Assembly (NCBI GenBank): GCA_965197925.1
Contig: CBDAOC010000020.1
Span: forward strand, 480,001 to 544,000
DNA: 64,000 bases
Direction of reading: 5' to 3'
From: Nitrososphaerales archaeon
Lineage (GTDB): Archaea > Thermoproteota > Nitrososphaeria > Nitrososphaerales > UBA213
The translations under genes were made by a program, and so were the position numbers. Of this stretch, positions 11,762 to 23,339 are shown one piece after another. The notes under the pieces are model-generated. The model saw only the letters and a program-made list of their open reading frames with translations. It had not been told where the DNA came from and searched no databases. Every line of letters begins with the position of its first letter. Positions within the stretch are counted from its first letter, which is position 1.

Positions 11762-12175
11762 TTATGCGTGGATGCCTATCTTCTGCTTCTCTTCCCTGTT
11801 AGCCAGGAATGAGGTCATCCAACCTAAGATGGCACCAAAGAGAGCATACTGTAGTAATGGCACAAGTAATTCTGTGTACGGCATTGATTCTGGCTTTGCT
11901 ATTACAGCGAAAGATACCAATCCAGTAATTACACCCAATGATACTGCATCTTTGGTTCTTACTGGTTTAACACTATCGTTGGATGTCAACACACCATATA
12001 TTGCACCTACGATTAGAGTGGTAGGCAATAGCACTTGAAGGTCCAGAGTGTTTGTACCAAACATAGTAACCGCTAACACCAGTCCTGCAATGAGTCCTGC
12101 AATCGCTCCATTTCGAATACCCTTCTTTATTTCGTACTTGTTGTTTGACATATTTGTCGATAGCCATAGATGCAA
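11762..12175 (-). CDS. Small multi-TM hypothetical membrane protein
   Basis: About four Gly/Ala-rich hydrophobic segments; true start may be the later Met (MSNNK). Confidence 0.65.
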   Translation of the reverse strand: MHLWLSTNMSNNKYEIKKGIRNGAIAGLIAGLVLAVTMFGTNTLDLQVLLPTTLIVGAIYGVLTSNDSVKPVRTKDAVSLGVITGLVSFAVIAKPESMPYTELLVPLLQYALFGAILGWMTSFLANREEKQKIGIHA

Positions 12176-12897
12176 TGTAATATCCTTAAGCTTAGATAGT
12201 ATAATGTTGATCTAGGAGTTGTCATATTATACACCATCGAAGGACAATATGCATGTCAACATTTGTTGCATGGATGCGATGGTTTTGTTCTTCCAATCTC
12301 ATATGATGTTGCATCTCATCATCAAGGATAATGAGAGGAATTGAAACTTTGATTTGATGTATTTAAAGATAAATGAATTCCAAGTTTGCACATGTTCATT
12401 TGTTCAGCTCGGTAAAAATAAATTTGGATTGCGGCTATGGAGGATAGCTGTCATACAAGCAGAAATTGAAAAGGAAGAGATAGTGCCTGTTTATTAGAAA
12501 TATATTTCAAATTGTGTAATTCTCTCTCCTTTTCTCTCGTGGTCAGCTGAGAACACAATTCCGAAGTAGATCAACTGTCAAAACGTGTAGATGAGGAATA
12601 TTGTGGAAAGAATGATCTCGATATAAGTTATCGCAGTAATAACGGTCTCAACTAGTGATATATCCTCAAAGAATATGGGATGTAAAACATCACTGGGATA
12701 ATCAGGAACTCTATCAGGGGTTTACTTTATGTCAGGTATCTATGCTAGGAAAGCTAACACTATAAGCTACTGGTTTGGTAAGGTAAAGGTAAGTATAACC
12801 ATAAGCATATTGGGTTCATCTCTTGGTCATCAGCTATACATAGGTTAGTTACTATACAAAGGGCAAACCTTATCTACCCCTATACTTCAGGTCAATC

Positions 12898-13689
12898 ATG
12901 TCGATACTTACCACGGGTAAAGGTAAGAAGGGGCAGATAGAAATGTTGCTTAAGGAAGGAAAATCTGACGATGAGATCGTAGAACAGCTTGGAACCACAA
13001 AGTCCTATGTGCAGAAAGTAAAGTCACAACGAAAGTCCACTTTAAACAGTAAGAATAGTGTATCTGATATTGAGGAAGACGAATCAGTTGATGTAAAAAG
13101 AGTTCTAGAAACAAACAAAGAAACAACCATCCTACCTGAACATAAACCGTCTTCTACATCAGAGGAAAAGGAGTTAACCAAGAACGAACGGCGAAAAATA
13201 TACAATCTCTTTTTCAAGGGTTGGAAACCATCAAAAATTGTTGCGAAGATGGGATACTCATATGAAGTGGTGGAAGCCGAGTATAGGAATTATAACAAGG
13301 ACATTGGATTGGATATGCAAACATTTCAGAAACAATTCATGAGCAAACACGGTGCAGATAACGAGGACATTGGTTCTGAAGGAAAAGCTCTCGTGAAAAG
13401 GTACAAGCGAGATGGTTATCTTTTGAATGAAGACTTTTCTGAACTGCTACAGCTCATATGGGATAATGATAAGGAAGATGCGATAAAAGATGTGCTTGAA
13501 GGGGAAGTATCACCTCCAGAGGGCTTGACTAGAATACCATGCGACGTCTGTGGAAAACCAATGAAAGGTGCCATAGTAAATCCAAGTAATAATATGGGAA
13601 CAGCTATCTTACAATTTTGTAGAGATGATGAGTGGGGACATGGTCCTTGTGTTGATAAATACGAGGCTAATGAAGACAAAGAAGGATAG
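12898..13689 (+). CDS. Hypothetical protein with HTH-like segments and C-terminal CxxC...HxxC zinc site
   Basis: GKSDDEIVEQLGTTKSYVQKV and GWKPSKIVAKMGYSYEVV HTH-like; CDVC...HGPC. Confidence 0.6.
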   Translation: MSILTTGKGKKGQIEMLLKEGKSDDEIVEQLGTTKSYVQKVKSQRKSTLNSKNSVSDIEEDESVDVKRVLETNKETTILPEHKPSSTSEEKELTKNERRKIYNLFFKGWKPSKIVAKMGYSYEVVEAEYRNYNKDIGLDMQTFQKQFMSKHGADNEDIGSEGKALVKRYKRDGYLLNEDFSELLQLIWDNDKEDAIKDVLEGEVSPPEGLTRIPCDVCGKPMKGAIVNPSNNMGTAILQFCRDDEWGHGPCVDKYEANEDKEG

Positions 13690-14229
13690 ATTAATGAGTA
13701 ATTATTTGACTTTAATTATGGTCTAATAAACATATTCAATAGAATCCACTATGTTATTCTATCAAAAGTTTGTATAGACTTTCCCTTAGAAGGTAGTGGT
13801 CGACAGGCCTTGTCGAATATTGGACTAGCCTTCTTCATATCTATCCGAAGAAATTAAGTTTAATGAAATCCAATTAATCCAAATCCCGCTACGATAGGGA
13901 TCATAAATAGTCATATCATCATGATTATTTTCGGGCAAATATCTCATGAAGCTCTGAAAGGAAATCTCCACCCTATTCAGTTATGACATAGTATAAAGAA
14001 ATACCCTCTGGTCTTGATACAAGTTTTAGACCATTTAGAAAGGTGAAAAACTTTACGCCCCTAGATTGAGACCAGATTTGGATTTCAATTGTGATATCTT
14101 TAATGGTCCTTCAGTCAAGTCAGTTAGAATATCTCTAATTATAACAAGTCGTCGTTTTCGACATCTCATATAGACCACAAATTGAGCAAGTTAAGATTTC
14201 AATCCTATCAATTGTTAGTATGTATTTTC

Positions 14230-15302
14230 CTACTTTGTCGAATGATTATCCATTCTTAACACATCTATGCCTAACTTGGGTAATGTTGGGAATAATTGAT
14301 TACATAAGAGTACTACTCCAACATTGTCTTTTGGGATCATTCCAATAAAACTAGTGAATCCAGGAGTTCCTCCTGAATGATATAAGACTTCTGTATTGTT
14401 TTCAAGCCGCATTACAAACCAACCCAGAGCCATTTCATCAATTCCTAGGTGTAACCAAGACCTCAGCAAAATACGATGCACCAAAGATAAGTTGGCGCCT
14501 ATTCTTGTTGATTGGCAATACTTTAATGTTGGATTTATACTGGACTGATTTAAATTAAGACTAGCATTCAAGAATTTTATCATATCATTCATGGTGGAGC
14601 GCAAACCTGCCGCACTTTCTAAAGAAGGAGAAATGGAAGGGTCTATTTTTTTCCCATGTTTTGAATGGCCTACAGCTAAACTGCTTTTATGACTCTCAAA
14701 AAGATTAATTCCGGTATCTTTCATTCCTAGCGGTTTGCAAATTCGACTGTTGATGAGCTCCTCATAAGATGAATTGGTTAATCGTTCAAAGATCTGGCCT
14801 AGGAGTCCATAACCACTGTTTGAGTAGCTCCATTTTTCCCCTAGCTTACTCAATTTTGTTTTTGAAATATAAGAGAATAAATCTGACTTGCTGAAATTGT
14901 ACCAAGCGCCATGGGGCGGTCCCCTATTTGGGAATAATATGCTAGCAAGAGAAAGCATTGTGATTCTTAGTGGATGATTCGGCAATCCCGAGGTATGTGT
15001 TGCATGATGAAAAAGGGTGATCTTTTCCAATTTAGGATTTCCTGCAAATTCTGGAAGAAATTTGGTAATAGGATCATTTATGTTCAACAATCCTTCTTTT
15101 TGTAAATCTGCTAGCAAGATAGAAGTGAATGTTTTTGAAATGGAACCGATTTCGAAGTGTCTGCCGTTGGCGAAATTCCTTTGTTCTTTTCAATCTCTCC
15201 AAAGCTCATCACTCTTGTATCGGTCCCATCAATCAATCCAGCAATAATGCTTGCGGACCTGCTTGAACTAACTTGTTGCTGGATGGCATCTTCAGGTCTC
15301 AT
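14230..15302 (-). pseudogene. Serine hydrolase, beta-lactamase/AmpC family, frameshifted
   Basis: FEIGSISK (SxxK), ATHTSGLP, YSN, HSGGT motifs; frameshift near 15155 separates the N-terminus. Confidence 0.85.
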
Positions 15303-15461
15303 TTCGTCATCCCTATTTGGAAGTCATGATTATTGCTCAGATGATGTTTTGTTATCAAGTATATGGAAAAGGAGTTCCTCATCAATGTTTTGCGCATAGT
15401 TTTGTTCGAAATGGCGAGTATCATTCCGATGTTATCGTTGGCTAATTATCTATATAAAGCA

Positions 15462-15475
15462 ACCGACTGGTCGGT
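15462..15475. promoter_or_regulatory. Putative TetR operator palindrome accgac-tg-gtcggt
   Basis: Near-perfect palindrome just after a tatataaa box, between the divergent hydrolase and TetR genes. Confidence 0.55.
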
Positions 15476-15508
15476 CGGTAACTTTTTATTAGTGTCATCC
15501 TGTAAACC

Positions 15509-15700
15509 TTGATGATAGAACGTTCCATAGTTGCTAAGAGAAGATATAACTCTACAACTTGTAATTACAAAATAAGGGGTAATGGAGGGGCAGTTAGAAA
15601 AGCTCTGATAATCGCTTTGGTAATTGCATTGGTTCTCGCGGGCATTGGAATTCCGATGGCAGTAGAGGAAAGGATAACTCTTCCTCTGCCTATCAACTAG
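15509..15700 (+). CDS. Small hypothetical membrane or secreted peptide
   Basis: RKALIIALVIALVLAGIGIP signal-like segment; start uncertain. Confidence 0.35.
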   Translation: MMIERSIVAKRRYNSTTCNYKIRGNGGAVRKALIIALVIALVLAGIGIPMAVEERITLPLPIN

Positions 15701-15735
15701 ATGAAATAATCATGTGGAACTCTATATTAACAGAC

Positions 15736-15759
15736 GAATCTCTTGAGGGGACGAGATTC
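15736..15759 (+). terminator. Hairpin gaatctc/gagattc followed by a T-rich tract
   Basis: 7-bp stem downstream of the small ORF. Confidence 0.3.
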
Positions 15760-15855
15760 TTAGCATTCTCTTTTTCTAATGAAGGTGTTCAAGTGACATC
15801 AGACCAAGAACCACTATTCAATCAAAAACCACATATTTAGATAAGGTAAGATATA

Positions 15856-16476
15856 GTGGATATGAAGACAGAAGTGAATTCTAAGACCCACACGAAACTA
15901 CGAGTTAGGATAATGGTAGCTGCAAGAAAAAAGTTTTCCAAAAAAGGATATTCGAAAACTTCTATGGATGACATTGCAAATGCTGCTCATGTAAGTAAAG
16001 GTGGGCTATACCATCATTTTGAGAGCAAGGAGAAGCTATTCATAGAAATAATTAATCAAAATCAGGAGCCTATGGGAAAACTTGATCCAGGATTGTTTAA
16101 AAAGAGAGAGAACTTACTGGAAGACTTGGGCAAGTACTATGACAGTTTGAATATCCAACAAGAATTGATGAAGATTTGGCTTGAAGCGATGACTGAATCT
16201 GCCCATAATTCTAAGCTTAATCAGGCGGTAAGAGAAAGAAGAAGGCAGATGGAAGAACTTGCTACTAGACAATTAAAACATCTAAAATCCACTATTGGTT
16301 TGTTTCGGAACTCCGAAGATTCTGATTTATATTTCTTTGCGAAAGGAATTTTGGCGTTAATTAAAGGCTGTGCGTTGGATAGGTTTACCGGCGATGATCC
16401 GGATCTGGTGAGAAAGACATGGATGATGGCAATGTATGCAATTATTACTTCTACTAAAGGTATTCACATCTCATAA
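15856..16476 (+). CDS. TetR/AcrR family transcriptional regulator
   Basis: KGYSKTSMDDIANAAHVSKGGLYHHFESKEKLF HTH. Confidence 0.93.
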   Translation: MDMKTEVNSKTHTKLRVRIMVAARKKFSKKGYSKTSMDDIANAAHVSKGGLYHHFESKEKLFIEIINQNQEPMGKLDPGLFKKRENLLEDLGKYYDSLNIQQELMKIWLEAMTESAHNSKLNQAVRERRRQMEELATRQLKHLKSTIGLFRNSEDSDLYFFAKGILALIKGCALDRFTGDDPDLVRKTWMMAMYAIITSTKGIHIS

Positions 16477-16828
16477 CGTCCTTAGCTACCGGTGGGCAAT
16501 TGTTGGCTCTCCTTCATGGCTAGCTAGCAAGTGTAGATCTGGAAAGTGCGTGATGACTATCATAAGTGGAGCTAGAAATGGTTTCATAGGTTTAGGTAAT
16601 GGAGAAGATCAGGCGTTTGGTGGTCAAGGAAATGACAATATATTCGGTGGGGATGATAATGATGAGCTGAATGGAAGGCAAGGCGATGATGGTATTAACG
16701 GACAGGGAGGAGATGATCTCCTGTTTGGCGGAACAGATACTGATAGGCTTAACGGCGGTCCTCACGACGTTGGGGGAGACTTTTGTGGAGCCGGCGAGAC
16801 TCTAATAGACTGTGAAGTTTCCACTTAA
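16436..16828 (+). pseudogene. Fragment with RTX/hemolysin-type Ca-binding nonapeptide repeats
   Basis: GGQGNDNIF, GGDDNDELN, GQGGDDLLF repeats; no credible N-terminus. Confidence 0.6.
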
Positions 16829-16829
16829 A

Positions 16830-17475
16830 TGGAAGGCAAAACCACCTTTTTTTACCAAGCATTGCAGACGCCTTGTAGTTCCTTACTTGCTTCTCCTTTC
16901 TTCTATACTGTGAATCATTGCTTCTAACAATGAGTTTTGGCCTCTTGTACGATAAGCCTAGATCCTTCAGCATGTTATGAACATGTTTGAAGCTTATGGG
17001 AATGCCTTCCTCGTTTAATGCGTCTGCTATGTCCCTAACAACCCATCTCCCCTTTAGATATCCGAATGCCTGCGGGTCCTGCTTCAACAGTCCTGGTATG
17101 ATCTTACTTGGGTTATCCTTAACTACTGGAGGCCTTCAGGATGATTTCCTACTCTTCAATCCATCCACACCATTCTTTCTGTACCTTCTACTCCATCTGA
17201 ATACTGCATCTATGCAGACATGCAGTGTAAGTGCTACCTTCTTTACTGTCATGCCTTCATACCTCATCAGTACTGCAAAGGCTCTTGTATGTTCAAGCTT
17301 ATTCTTTGTACCATGCAGGAAGTGTTGGAGCTCCTTAACCTGCTTATGCGTTAGTACGAACCTCATATGCTGCATATGCTGATGTGATCAAAGAAGATAT
17401 CCCCCAATAATGTTGATCATATTGTAAAATCATAGACAAAGTTCTTACACTTGACTTAAATTATGCCCAACCCTC
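16830..17475 (-). mobile_element. IS630-family transposase remnant (HTH regions; DDE domain missing)
   Basis: ORFs 17136-17375 (VFRWSRRYRKNGVDGL) and 16749-17087 (LGLSYKRPK). Confidence 0.75.
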
Positions 17476-17547
17476 GTCTAACTCTCTGTCCTGCCCTGAG
17501 CATTTACAATCAAATAGGAACTCCACCATATAAAATATAAAACCGTA

Positions 17548-19143
17548 TTGCATACGATCTCAAAGGGGAAAAAATTGCAGGGAATAAATAAAGGTAGTAA
17601 CATTGACAGCTTTCTGCTTGAGCATTTTCAGCGAGAGATATGGAACAAGGTTCCTCACCTAGAAGAAAAGCTAGGTGAAGTGAAGGTTATCAACGCAACA
17701 CCCCTGATAGACATTACTGAAGATTTGAGGGAGTGTGCAAGAAAAGAGTACGGCCTGGATCTTGCCGATATAGATCTGCGAGTTTTCGGCAAGTTCGAAT
17801 CGAACTTGCTGACAGGCTCGATCAAAGTAAGGCCAGCAGTCCAGATAATCCATGATGCTATTGTTACAGGGAAGCTTAGGTCTGGACAGACGATATTCGA
17901 AGCGACCTCGGGTAACTTTGGGATCGCTCTGGGGCAGATCGCTACGCTCGGCCTAGATGTCGTTGCCCTTGTCTCTAGAAAGCTTCAGGAAGGAGTGTTC
18001 GAGGAGTTGAGAAACGAGAGAATGCATACCATAAATCTTGACATGGACATCTGTCCTGCTCCAGGAATGAAGGTCAACTCGAATCTTTTGGCTGCCAAAG
18101 CTATCGCTTTGAATATTCGCTCACAGCTCTCTGAATTCGGGTTCGACCCTACCATTTTCGATAAATCGCGTTCTGAGGTAGAAGGACTTCTAGCGAGCCA
18201 GGATATAATAAACTTGGCAAAGCTTCTTGCGAAGATCTACGGCGGTTTCTGCACAGAACAATACGACAACGAGCTGAACATTGAGGTACACAGAACCGTG
18301 ACTGCCCGAGAGTTAGACCAGCAATTGCATGAACAAGGTCATTCGCTCGGTGACTTCAGAATTGTCTGCAACTTTGGTACCGGTAGCACTGCAGGTGGTT
18401 TGAGCAGATACTGGATGGAGAAATTTGGGAAGAAGTCGCTGCATGTAGTCTTTCCACTCGGTGATCAAGATGTTGCAGGAATAAGGACAAAACGCACGGC
18501 TCTGGGCTTGAAGTTCTACGAGCCTGAGCGGTATGCGGGACAACATGAAGTAGATTTTAGGCAGGCAAAACGTCTGCTGAAGTTTTTCGTAGACAAAGGT
18601 CACGACATAGGGGAAAGCAGTGCCCTTGCGCTTTACGCGGTCATGCAGATGGCGAACTTCGGTAGCTATGGAGGAAAGTTTGTCGTAATAATTGCTGATG
18701 GAATCCAAAAGTACAGAAGGAACATTGGAACGATAGAAGAGAAGCAGAGCCCTCTGCAGGTTACCCTACGTGAAATTGTCTCGAACATCGGAAACTACAA
18801 TAGAGTTCTATGGATTCACACAATGTATACTCCACGCAAGGAAGGAATAGAGCTAATCGCGAATTCGTTGGGCTGCAATGAAAGCAAGATCTCTGTCCCA
18901 AAGGCCAGCGACGTGGAGCGACTTCTAGCAACGCAAGAGATTCCTAAGGAACTGGATAAAGCGCTGGGAGGAGCCAATGGAAAGTCATTGCTCGTTTGCA
19001 TGATGGGAATTACTTCGTTCCAAGTTGCTCAAGTACTTGCGAAGAAGGGCATTGAAGCCGAAAGCTTGACTGGTGGGATATCAGCACTTTCTGAATCGAG
19101 AGGCAAGCAAATTTCGGAATTAGTTCAAATAGCTACCGAATAA
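17548..19143 (+). CDS. PLP-dependent cysteine synthase-family enzyme with C-terminal rhodanese-like domain
   Basis: GSIKVRPA (PLP Lys), EATSGNFG, GTGSTAGG; C-terminal LVCMMG...SLTGGI. Confidence 0.8.
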   Translation: MHTISKGKKLQGINKGSNIDSFLLEHFQREIWNKVPHLEEKLGEVKVINATPLIDITEDLRECARKEYGLDLADIDLRVFGKFESNLLTGSIKVRPAVQIIHDAIVTGKLRSGQTIFEATSGNFGIALGQIATLGLDVVALVSRKLQEGVFEELRNERMHTINLDMDICPAPGMKVNSNLLAAKAIALNIRSQLSEFGFDPTIFDKSRSEVEGLLASQDIINLAKLLAKIYGGFCTEQYDNELNIEVHRTVTARELDQQLHEQGHSLGDFRIVCNFGTGSTAGGLSRYWMEKFGKKSLHVVFPLGDQDVAGIRTKRTALGLKFYEPERYAGQHEVDFRQAKRLLKFFVDKGHDIGESSALALYAVMQMANFGSYGGKFVVIIADGIQKYRRNIGTIEEKQSPLQVTLREIVSNIGNYNRVLWIHTMYTPRKEGIELIANSLGCNESKISVPKASDVERLLATQEIPKELDKALGGANGKSLLVCMMGITSFQVAQVLAKKGIEAESLTGGISALSESRGKQISELVQIATE

Positions 19144-19205
19144 TCGCTTCTTGCTGGCTGCACTAGGCGTGTTCATTAGACCTATTGCGTAATTAGGAAT
19201 CATAA

Positions 19206-19360
19206 TCACCTTAACCTCAGCCAGATATTCGCTCTACAGATCATCATTCCTTTACTTCGTATTATTCTGAAGTTCACCAAACCAGAAACTAAATCGGAAG
19301 CATGATTGTAGCGTTTTAGCCTATTCCTGAACCTTGTTCCCATTATATTGAACTTTACAT
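19206..19360 (-). mobile_element. C-terminal remnant of a DDE_Tnp_4-like transposase
   Basis: KFNIMGTRFRNRLKRYN..VSGLVNFRI resembles the C-terminus of this transposase family. Confidence 0.55.
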
Positions 19361-19586
19361 TCTTAGAGAGTGCACAGGAAGTACCTCCAGTAACCACTGA
19401 TGACAAGCTGAATGATGAACCCTACAACCTGTAGTAATCAATGCCCGACGGGCCCGTATAAAATTTTATCATAGAAGCCACATTCAAATTATGGATGAAT
19501 TAGTTTTTGAGTATTTAGTAATGTTAGCACTAGGTGAGTTTCCTCTACTAAAACATAAATAGTCGAAATCAATAGGCGATAAATCA

Positions 19587-21634
19587 GTGAACAAGGCGGT
19601 AATAGTCGGAATCACTTTGGGCTTGCTAATAGTTGGTATGATTATTGCTCCTCTATCAATTGAAAATATTGCTGAGGCTAAACGTCTCGAGAGAATGGTC
19701 TTTACCGAAACAGTGGAATCTACACAAGACCCAGGTCAAGGCCATGAAACTCATCAGATAGCTGTCCTGTTACCACCTGAAGATGGTGTCGTGTAAAGTG
19801 GACGGTTCAGTTATTCTGCCAGTGTTCCTGTAGAAGTTGTTGTTTTACATGACACAATGTTAGGAGAAAAACCAACTGCAATCTATACTATAGACGGAAA
19901 AAAGGAATGGGCTTTATCCCTAATATTCTCGGATGGTGATAAAGGTGCCAAATCAGCTTCAATGTCATTTGTGGGTTCTGCCTTAGCGTTACATACACTT
20001 GATGGAACAGAGTTTACTGCAACAGTATCAATACATGCACAAGCAAGAACCATAAAGCCTACAGAGGTAACTGTTGATAATATAAAAGAAATTACCTATC
20101 CAGATCAACCTCCAATACATCCTGAAATATTAGAGAAGAACGATTTTTGGTCACCTCCTGAGGTAGTCAAGGTAACAGATGGGGTTTGGGTAGCTGTTGG
20201 ATTTGATCTTACAAACAGTATCTTGATTGGAGGCGATGATGGAATAATCATTGTTGATACATTATCCATATATGAAAATGCAAAAAAAGTTATTGATGAA
20301 TTTAGAGACATTACGGACAAGCCCGTTAAAGCTATCATCTATACTCATGCTCATCTAGATCATGTAAGCGGTACAGGTGCTTTTGTTGAAGAAGGAGAGG
20401 ATGTGGAAATTTATGCTCATGAAAGCTCACTTGATTTTTACATCAATGAAAATAGTTTCTAGGTCCGATAGATTCAGTTCGAACTATTCATGCTTCTGGA
20501 GCATTGTTACCTAATGATGGACCTGACAGAGCCAATCTTGGTGTCTTTCCTCCTGCTGTACCAGATACGATAGCTTACCTCCCACCTACCCAAACATTTT
20601 CAGATGAATTGGATTTGGAAATTTCAGGTATCAAACTCAAGCTGGTATATGTTGCTGGAGAATCATCTGATCAAATTTTCGTTTGGTTGCCAGAAAAGAA
20701 AGTTTTGTTATCGGGAGACAATCTTTATGCCATTTTTCCTAATATCTACACTATTCGGGGAGTAGTCTATCGAGACCTAATGAATTATGTGAGTGCGATC
20801 GATATGATGATTCAGTTAGAACCTGAGTACATGGTACCAAGCCATGTAATGCCGGTAATTGGTAAAGATAAAGTCATGGATATTTTGATCACCACTAGAG
20901 ATGCTACTCAATATGTTTATGATCAAACTATTCGAGGAATGAATAATGGTTACACAGCAGACGAACTTTCACATATGATCAAAGTACCTGAACACCTTGC
21001 GTATCATCCATGGACAACCCAAACCAGAGGTCTAGTCCCCTGGTATGTAAAAAATATCTACTATGGTAATTTAGGTTGGTTTGAAGGAGACCCAGCGTTT
21101 TTGAATCCTATTAGCCTAGAGGAAAGATCAGAAAAAATTATTTCGTTGGCAGGTGGAGTAAACGGAGTAATTTCGGAGATCTATAAGGCAATTTAAGAAG
21201 GTGATTATGAATGGGCTGCTGAACTTGCAACCTACGCCATTCATACAGATCCCGATAATGTTGAAGCAAAACTGCTAAAAGCTCATGCATTGAGAGCGAT
21301 AGGACAGAGAATAACAGCTGTGGATGACAGACACTGGTATTTGACCACAGCGTTGGAGCTGGAAGGTAAAATCAAGATAGATCCTAACGCATTCACACAA
21401 ACCAGTTCAGAACAGCTGGCTGCATTACCTATTGAAAAGATTCTAAATACACTACCAACAAAGTTGGATCCAAAGAAGGCAGAAGGTGTAAACAAAATTT
21501 TGGGTGCTTACTTCAACGATGTCGATGAGGGATATACACTACATGTTAGAAATAATATATTGGCTGTAACGAAGGCATTTCCAGAAAAAGCAGATTTCTC
21601 ATTAACTATGAATTCTGATGTTTACAAATCTATT
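19587..21634 (+). pseudogene. Secreted alkyl sulfatase (SdsA-type MBL fold + dimerisation + SCP2-like domains), disrupted
   Basis: THAHLDHVSG, GESSDQ, FPNIYTIRG, YYGNLGWFEGDP; in-frame TAA at 19794 and 21194, frameshift near 20460, IS insertion at 21635. Confidence 0.85.
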
Positions 21635-22501
21635 CAACTCATCTCAAAACTAACCATTTAGACAATTTTTAGCGACCATTTAGATCCATGAATAGCGACA
21701 TCTAAAATTATTTTATGAAATTCCAAGAATTATCAGACAAACAGTGGAGTATGATGGAATCACACATACCACCACATGCAAAAACTGGCAGGCCTAGGGA
21801 TTATGATAGAAAAATCATTAACGGAATAATCCATGTTCTAACTACTGGATGCCGATGGGACGATATGCCAAAAAGATATGGTGATGATTCTACTGCAAAC
21901 AGAGGGTTAAACAAATGGCAACAAAAAGGAATCTGGAAAAAGATTCTATCACGTACTATTCACTCAGCACATAAATCTGGCAAATTAGTCTAAAAAAATC
22001 AGCTGACTCTTCATCCATTCCTGATAAAAAATGGGCAATGTAACTGGATATAATGGATTCAAGAGAATAACAGGTACAAAAATACATGCCGCAGTAGAGG
22101 GTAACGGATTTCCAATATCCATACTGCTGAGTCCAGCAAATGAACATGACAGTACAAAATGCATGGATGTTACAGGATCAATTTCAGACTATCTTGATGA
22201 TTCAATACAACAGATAGAACCAGTTTATGCAGACAAAATGATGCAAAATACATCAGAATGTATTTGTGGGATAGAAATATTGCATGTTGCATCCCATACA
22301 AAATAAATTCCAAGTTCATCTTGCAAAATAATGATTGCAAACATTACAACAAGACAAGATTTGTAGTTGAGAGATTCCTTGCATGGCTCAAGAATGGATT
22401 TCACAGAACAAGAATCAGGTATGAAAGAACGGCAGAAAACTACCTGGCATTTGTTAATCTTGCATCATTTTTGATGTATTGTAGGGTTTTGAGATGAGTT
22501 G
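21635..22501 (+). mobile_element. IS5-family element (family C, copy 2), degenerate
   Basis: Same TIRs and sequence as 2279-3152; att on both flanks (possible 3-bp TSD). Confidence 0.9.
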
Positions 22502-22940
22502 ATTATAGTATCATTAATGGTAAACTAGGTTTAGGTGATATCTAACACCAACACGCCCAGTTTGTTTAACTCATAAGAATTCAATTCCCTTGGAATATCA
22601 ACACTGGTTATCGGCAAGCAAGAACCCTAACGAGTATAGGCATCTTACGTGCTGGTGCAATAAAGGAAAACATTATTCGCTTTTGTAACGACAGGAGATA
22701 GATAATCCCAATCTTCCCACATCCATACGATGCCTAGTCTTAACACCTACGGGCAAAGCTGCCAAGGTGGTTGAAAGTAGGAAGTTTGGTTTGGGTAAAA
22801 GAAAAGCAAAGACAACTATTTGCTTGATCTTGGGATTGGTTAAGGTAAGTCCTGAACTAATATACCAAGGAAAATAATAAAAGTAAATTATAATACTTTT
22901 TCCATATGTAGGTAAATAGTATAATTCTCAAGTATATTTT

Positions 22941-23231
22941 ATGGGGGGAATAGAATCCGCAACTTTGATGGTAGTTATTTTAATACTTGGAAGCATTTCC
23001 ACAGTTTTCTTAGTGTTGGCATCATCTGGAGGAATTCTTAGTAATGAATCTAACATCTGGGCTCAGGCAATACCATCCGACGGGAGAGTAAAGTCTGCAC
23101 AGAAGATATCAGATTTTGAAGGTAACTTTGATGGGGTTCTCGATGATTTTGATATTCTTGGATGGGCGATGGAAGATATACCCGGAGCAAAGAACAAGAT
23201 AACTGAAGGCGAAATTGGGGAAAACACATAA
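22941..23231 (+). pseudogene. N-terminal fragment of a secreted FG-GAP-like repeat protein
   Basis: Signal peptide, then DGRVKSAQKISDFEGNFDGVLDDFDILG, then truncation. Confidence 0.45.
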
Positions 23232-23339
23232 TGGATACTCCTTTCACAAAAATCTAAAACTTTTTTTATAATTCATGGTTCAAGTATAGCTTTAACCGTT
23301 AAAGCAAAATATTTACTAGTAGTTCTAGTAATATACTGT

